A stretch of DNA of 64,000 bases from an uncultured Bacteroidales bacterium (GTDB taxonomy: Bacteria; Bacteroidota; Bacteroidia; Bacteroidales; VadinHA17). Made by a program: the position numbers and the translations under genes. Positions 60,260-64,000 of the stretch are shown in pieces (positions within the stretch are counted from its first letter, which is position 1; the number at the start of each line of letters is the position of its first letter). The notes under the pieces are model-generated. The model had not been told where the DNA came from. It did no database searches and saw only the letters and a list, made by a program, of their open reading frames with translations. The stretch is taken from NCBI GenBank assembly GCA_963750735.1, contig CAVVRY010000019.1:144985-208984 (forward strand), read 5' to 3'.

Positions 60260-61744
60260 ATGAGTAAAGAAAAAGAATCAAAATCTATTTCACGCAGGAA
60301 TTTTGTTGGAAGAAGTGCTGCTGCTGCTGCAGGTTTTACAGTCCTTCCATCATTTGTAGTTAGTGGGTTAGGACACAAAGCTCCAAGTGACAAACTCAAT
60401 ATTGCGGGTATTGGAATCGGTGGTATGGGGTTTTCTAACCTCCAAAAAATGGAATCAGAGAACATCGTTGCTCTTTGCGATGTTGACTGGAATTATTCCG
60501 ATAGGGTATTTAAAAAGTATTCTAAAGCAAAAAAATACAAAGATTTCAGGAAAATGTATGAGGAGATGGGCAAATCAATCGATGCAGTTGTGGTCGCTAC
60601 CGCTGACCATACTCATGCTATTGTTGCTGCTCAGGCCATGGCAATGGGCAAGCATGCTTATGTTCAGAAGCCTCTGACACATACTGTTTATGAATCACGC
60701 TTGTTAACCCATCTTGCTAAAAAGCATAAGTTAGCCACCTCAATGGGTAACCAGGGTTCATCCGGAGAAGGTGTGAATTTAACTACAGAATGGTTAGCCA
60801 ATGGTGAAATAGGCGAAATAACAAAAGTTGAAGCATTTACTGACAGACCAATATGGCCACAAGGCTTAAATAAGCCTTCAGAGGTTGAAAAAGTACCTGA
60901 TACTCTTGATTGGGATCTTTTTATTGGTCCAGCCAATCCAAGACCCTATAATTCAGTATATCACCCATGGGCATGGCGTGGTTGGTGGGACTTTGGTACA
61001 GGAGCATTGGGTGATATGGCTTGCCATATTCTTCATCCAGTTTTTGTTGGTCTTAATTTAGGTTATCCGATCAAAGCTCAGGGAAGTTCAACATTGTTAC
61101 TTACCGATTGCGCTCCAACAGCGCAAATGGTAGATTTGACATTCCCAAAGCGAGAGAAAACAAAAAATATGAAAATTGATCTTCCTGAAGTTAAGGTTAC
61201 CTGGTACGATGGTGGTTTACAGCCCAAAAAGCCAGATGGATGGCCAGCAGGAAAAAATATGAATGATGCAGGTGGTGGAGTTATTTTCCATGGAACAAAA
61301 GATAAACTTATCTGTGGATGTTATGGAGTAAACCCATGGTTGCTGTCAGGTCGAGAGCCCAATGCACCAAAATTCAGACGTCGGGTTGAAAAATCACACG
61401 AGCAGGATTGGATCAGAGCATGTAAGGAAAGCCCTGAAAATAGGGTTGAAACTGCATCTCCATTTAGCGAAGCTGGCCCATTCAATGAAATGGTTGTAAT
61501 GGGTGTTTTGGCAGTTCGTCTCCAATCACTGAATAAGGAACTTGAGTGGGATGGCCCAAATATGAAATTCACTAACATAAAGGACAGTGATTCTTTCAAA
61601 ATTGTTGTTGAAGATGGCTATTCAATCCATAATGGACATCCAAGTTTCAAGAAGACAATGTCTGACAAGATCAATGCACAGGAATTTGCTGCAGAATTGA
61701 TCAAGCATAAATATAGAGATGGATATACTCTACCATCAATGTAA
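60260..61744 (+). CDS. Gfo/Idh/MocA-family oxidoreductase with a TAT signal
   Basis: 494 aa. TAT signal SRRNFVGRSAAAAAGFTVLP, Rossmann motif IAGIGIGGMG, and an EKP-like motif YVQKPL. Confidence 0.85.
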   Translation: MSKEKESKSISRRNFVGRSAAAAAGFTVLPSFVVSGLGHKAPSDKLNIAGIGIGGMGFSNLQKMESENIVALCDVDWNYSDRVFKKYSKAKKYKDFRKMYEEMGKSIDAVVVATADHTHAIVAAQAMAMGKHAYVQKPLTHTVYESRLLTHLAKKHKLATSMGNQGSSGEGVNLTTEWLANGEIGEITKVEAFTDRPIWPQGLNKPSEVEKVPDTLDWDLFIGPANPRPYNSVYHPWAWRGWWDFGTGALGDMACHILHPVFVGLNLGYPIKAQGSSTLLLTDCAPTAQMVDLTFPKREKTKNMKIDLPEVKVTWYDGGLQPKKPDGWPAGKNMNDAGGGVIFHGTKDKLICGCYGVNPWLLSGREPNAPKFRRRVEKSHEQDWIRACKESPENRVETASPFSEAGPFNEMVVMGVLAVRLQSLNKELEWDGPNMKFTNIKDSDSFKIVVEDGYSIHNGHPSFKKTMSDKINAQEFAAELIKHKYRDGYTLPSM

Positions 61745-61790
61745 AGTAGAAACCATATAATTTTAACTTAAAATTTATATTATTTTTATT

Positions 61791-62571
61791 ATGAGACTAA
61801 ATAAACTAATTGTTATATCAGGCTTTGCAGCTTTAGCCTTAGTTGCAGGCTGTGCATCTGATTCAAAGAAGTCAGGAGAAGGCAAAGAAGATACGTTGGA
61901 AGCCCTGGAAGCTGAAACGGCAGAAGCCTCCGATAGTTGGATTCTTTTATTTGATGGAAAAACCTCAGATGGTTGGCGTGGATATAGAAGTGAATCTTTT
62001 CCTTCCGCTTGGGAGATTGTTGATGGTACTCTTCATATTCAGGGTTCTGGACGTGGAGAAGCTGGCGCAGCTGAGGGAGGTGATATCCTTTATGATAAGA
62101 AATTCAGTAATTTTCATTTTACTTTTGAATGGAAAGTAGCTGAAGGAGGCAATTCCGGTGTTTTTTATCTAGGTCAGGAAAGTGATGAACTTGACCATAT
62201 TTGGAAAACAGCACCTGAATATCAGATTTTGGATAATGAGAGACATTTAGATGCAGAATTAGGTAAAGATGGAAATAGAAAATCAGCATCCTTGTATGAT
62301 ATTTACCCTGCCAAACCACAAAATCCAACCCGCTGGGGAGTGGAATACAGGTGAGATCATGGTCTACAACGGAACCGTAATTCATAAGCAAAATGGGGAA
62401 ACTGTGGTAGAGTATCATCTATGGACTCCAAAATGGTATGAAGATGTGGCTGCAAGCAAATTTCCTGAGTTGAATGAAACTTGGGCCGAAGTAGCTAATG
62501 AAGGTTATATTGGACTTCAGGATCATGGTGATGATGTATGGTTTAGGAATTTAAAAGTCAAGGAACTATAG
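61791..62571 (+). pseudogene. DUF1080 (3-keto-disaccharide hydrolase-like) lipoprotein, interrupted by a +1 frame change
   Basis: ORF 61791..62354 has a lipoprotein signal (ALALVAGC), WILLFDGKTSDGWRGY, GGNSGVFYLG and ..SASLYDIYPAKPQNP.. ORF 62269..62571 continues ..PAGEWNTGEIMV..GLQDHGDDVWFRNLKVKEL. The span is 781 nt = 260 codons + 1. The switch is within 62317-62334. Confidence 0.8.
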
Positions 62572-62602
62572 TTGGCCATATAAGGAATGATTTAATCTCA
62601 TT

Positions 62603-62641
62603 AATAATGGAAAGGCATTTTTAGTCTTTCCATTATTTTTT
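62603..62641 (+). terminator. Rho-independent terminator after the third DUF1080 gene
   Basis: Perfect 12-bp stem aataatggaaag (62603-62614) / ctttccattatt (62626-62637) with an 11-nt loop and a trailing T-run. Confidence 0.7.
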
Positions 62642-62796
62642 AACAAATAAATTATTGCTTGAAGAGGTAAGAGACTAGGTTTAGATATTAAATATTATAT
62701 GGCCTGAAGCATATCTGTATTATAATTAATATGGATCTTCTTTCTTATCATTTTTCGGTATAAAAACGCGTGGTTGGGTAAGCAAGATTAATATCT

Positions 62797-63624
62797 TCAT
62801 GTTTGCATAAATTCTATAAGAATAGCTTCCCAGATATCCTGTTCAATTTTTCTTCTCTGACGCGGATTCACCAGAAATCTTATGGTATGGAGAACACCAC
62901 TCGCTTTTACAGTTGTGTATACAATGGGACTAAGTTTACCATAAAATACCAAATATTTTTCTGCAGCTTTCCGAACCTGTTTTTCTGCATCCTTGGTTAA
63001 ATGAAGGGCATTTTCGTTGACTATCTTTTCAAGCAGCTCTTTCGTTTTCTGCCAATCACTTTCAAAGGTTATAAGTACCGGGATTTCATGCCAGATAAAT
63101 TCAAACCCAATATTATAATTGGCTAAAGGGTCTCGAAGAACCTTGCTGTTCGGAACATGTATTATCCTTCCTGAACTTTGATCGGCATCCACCCAGTTGC
63201 CAATCTCGATTAGACTGAATTGAAATATTCTTATATCAATAACATCACCGGCTGTTTCATTAATCTGAATTCGGTCTCCCACTTTGAATGGTTTTCTCCA
63301 GATAATAAAAAACCAACCAGTAATATTGGCAATGGTATCATGCATAGCGATGGCCAGACCGGCACTGGCAAGACCCAGGAAGGTGGATATAGACCCTATC
63401 CCCCTGATCCAGACAGGTACTATAAGTAATATCAAAATAACGGAGTAGGTATAAAGAACAGTTCTCCGGAAAAAATATGCTTGTTTCGGCTCAAAATCTT
63501 TACGCTTAATAAAATATATAGCAGAGAACCTCAAAGAACTTAGAACAATAAATATTATAGATGACAGAACAATTTTTTGAAGGAGTTCCGGTGATATATG
63601 TAGATACTCACTTAATGTGTTCAT
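62797..63624 (-). CDS. Small-conductance mechanosensitive channel (MscS family)
   Basis: 275 aa with three N-terminal TM helices and the MscS beta-domain PFKVGDRIQINETAGDVIDIRIFQFSLIEI. Confidence 0.85.
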   Translation of the reverse strand: MNTLSEYLHISPELLQKIVLSSIIFIVLSSLRFSAIYFIKRKDFEPKQAYFFRRTVLYTYSVILILLIVPVWIRGIGSISTFLGLASAGLAIAMHDTIANITGWFFIIWRKPFKVGDRIQINETAGDVIDIRIFQFSLIEIGNWVDADQSSGRIIHVPNSKVLRDPLANYNIGFEFIWHEIPVLITFESDWQKTKELLEKIVNENALHLTKDAEKQVRKAAEKYLVFYGKLSPIVYTTVKASGVLHTIRFLVNPRQRRKIEQDIWEAILIEFMQT

Positions 63625-63662
63625 ACCTGATGTTAATAGATGTTATTTTTATATTCTAATCT

Positions 63663-64000
63663 TTAATTTTCTTTAAAGTCACCAAACCACTCCTTCATTT
63701 TTTGGTCAGCTTTTGTCAGATGGCTTTCATTTATACTAACAAGAATTGAAGCCATTGCAGTTGCAATGGCCCCTGCATCATCAGCATAGCCAACAAAAGG
63801 TGTAAGGTCAGGAATTGCATCGAGCGGAAAAATCAAGTATCCAAGAGCTGCAACAACAACACCTTTCGCCCATTTTGGTGTTTTCGGATCAACTCCCACA
63901 TAATACAGGGTAAGAGCTTTTTGCACTGTAACCTGGCCTATTAGCAGGGTGTATTTACGTATTTTTTCCCAAAAGTTCTTTTCAGAATAATGTGTCGAAT
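63663..64000 (-). CDS. DUF1232/YkvA-family membrane protein, 5' end outside the window
   Basis: Contains LIFPLDAIPDLTPFVGYADDAGAI. The frame stays open upstream of the GTG at 63926 to the window edge (my translation: ..YSEKNFWEKIRKYTLLIGQVTVQKAL..). Confidence 0.7.
   Translation of the reverse strand, partial: STHYSEKNFWEKIRKYTLLIGQVTVQKALTLYYVGVDPKTPKWAKGVVVAALGYLIFPLDAIPDLTPFVGYADDAGAIATAMASILVSINESHLTKADQKMKEWFGDFKEN

Noticed and set aside
33275-62571. The idea that the six +1 frame changes reflect programmed +1 frameshifting or quadruplet decoding
   Set aside because: I compared the possible junction contexts (CTT G AAA; AAT A TTA or GTG A ATA; T5/A5 region; T7 region; GCC CAG T GAG; A4/C3 region). 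I found no shared slippery codon, no shared four-base codon, and no consistent adjacent stop. Best-fit junctions are usually several codons before the 0-frame stop.
1-64000. Search for CRISPR arrays, transposases or IS ends, phage genes, toxin-antitoxin pairs or known defence-system architectures
   Set aside because: I saw no regularly spaced direct repeats, no transposase, integrase or recombinase-like ORFs, and no nuclease/ATPase/methylase cassette typical of defence islands. Gene content is overwhelmingly housekeeping.

Overview
AT-rich chromosomal segment that looks like a Bacteroidota/FCB-group genome. Supporting signs are TAnnTTTG -7 promoter boxes, few Shine-Dalgarno sequences, a T9SS C-terminal sorting domain and a LytTR regulator. 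I count about 55 protein genes and one tRNA-Ser(UGA). Most are core functions: purB, an MsbA-like ABC exporter, HU, htpG, murB, mltG, sucAB, pntAB, an NfnAB-like pair, two ATP-PEPCK paralogs, aminotransferases and peptidases. I saw no CRISPR array, transposase, integrase, phage block or recognisable defence module, so this is mostly an ordinary region. Five things deserve a second look. (1) At 50.2-62.6 kb there is a set of exported proteins: 3x DUF1080/3-keto-disaccharide-hydrolase-like, 2x TAT-Gfo/Idh/MocA, a TAT xylose-isomerase-like TIM barrel, DoxX and an M14 peptidase. It resembles periplasmic oxidise-then-cleave glycoside pathways. (2) A tight three-gene flavoprotein operon (PyrK-like, GltD-like, DHOD-like lacking the catalytic Cys motif) lies divergent from pntAB. 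(3) A divergent PckA paralog is translationally coupled to an aspartate-aminotransferase-like gene. (4) Six genes are each interrupted by a +1 frame change (span = 3n+1); this is either a systematic assembly error or real pseudogenisation. (5) An AmmeMemoRadiSam-type radical SAM gene has no partner genes nearby. All family calls rest on motif recognition by eye from the supplied translations and my own translations; no database search was possible.
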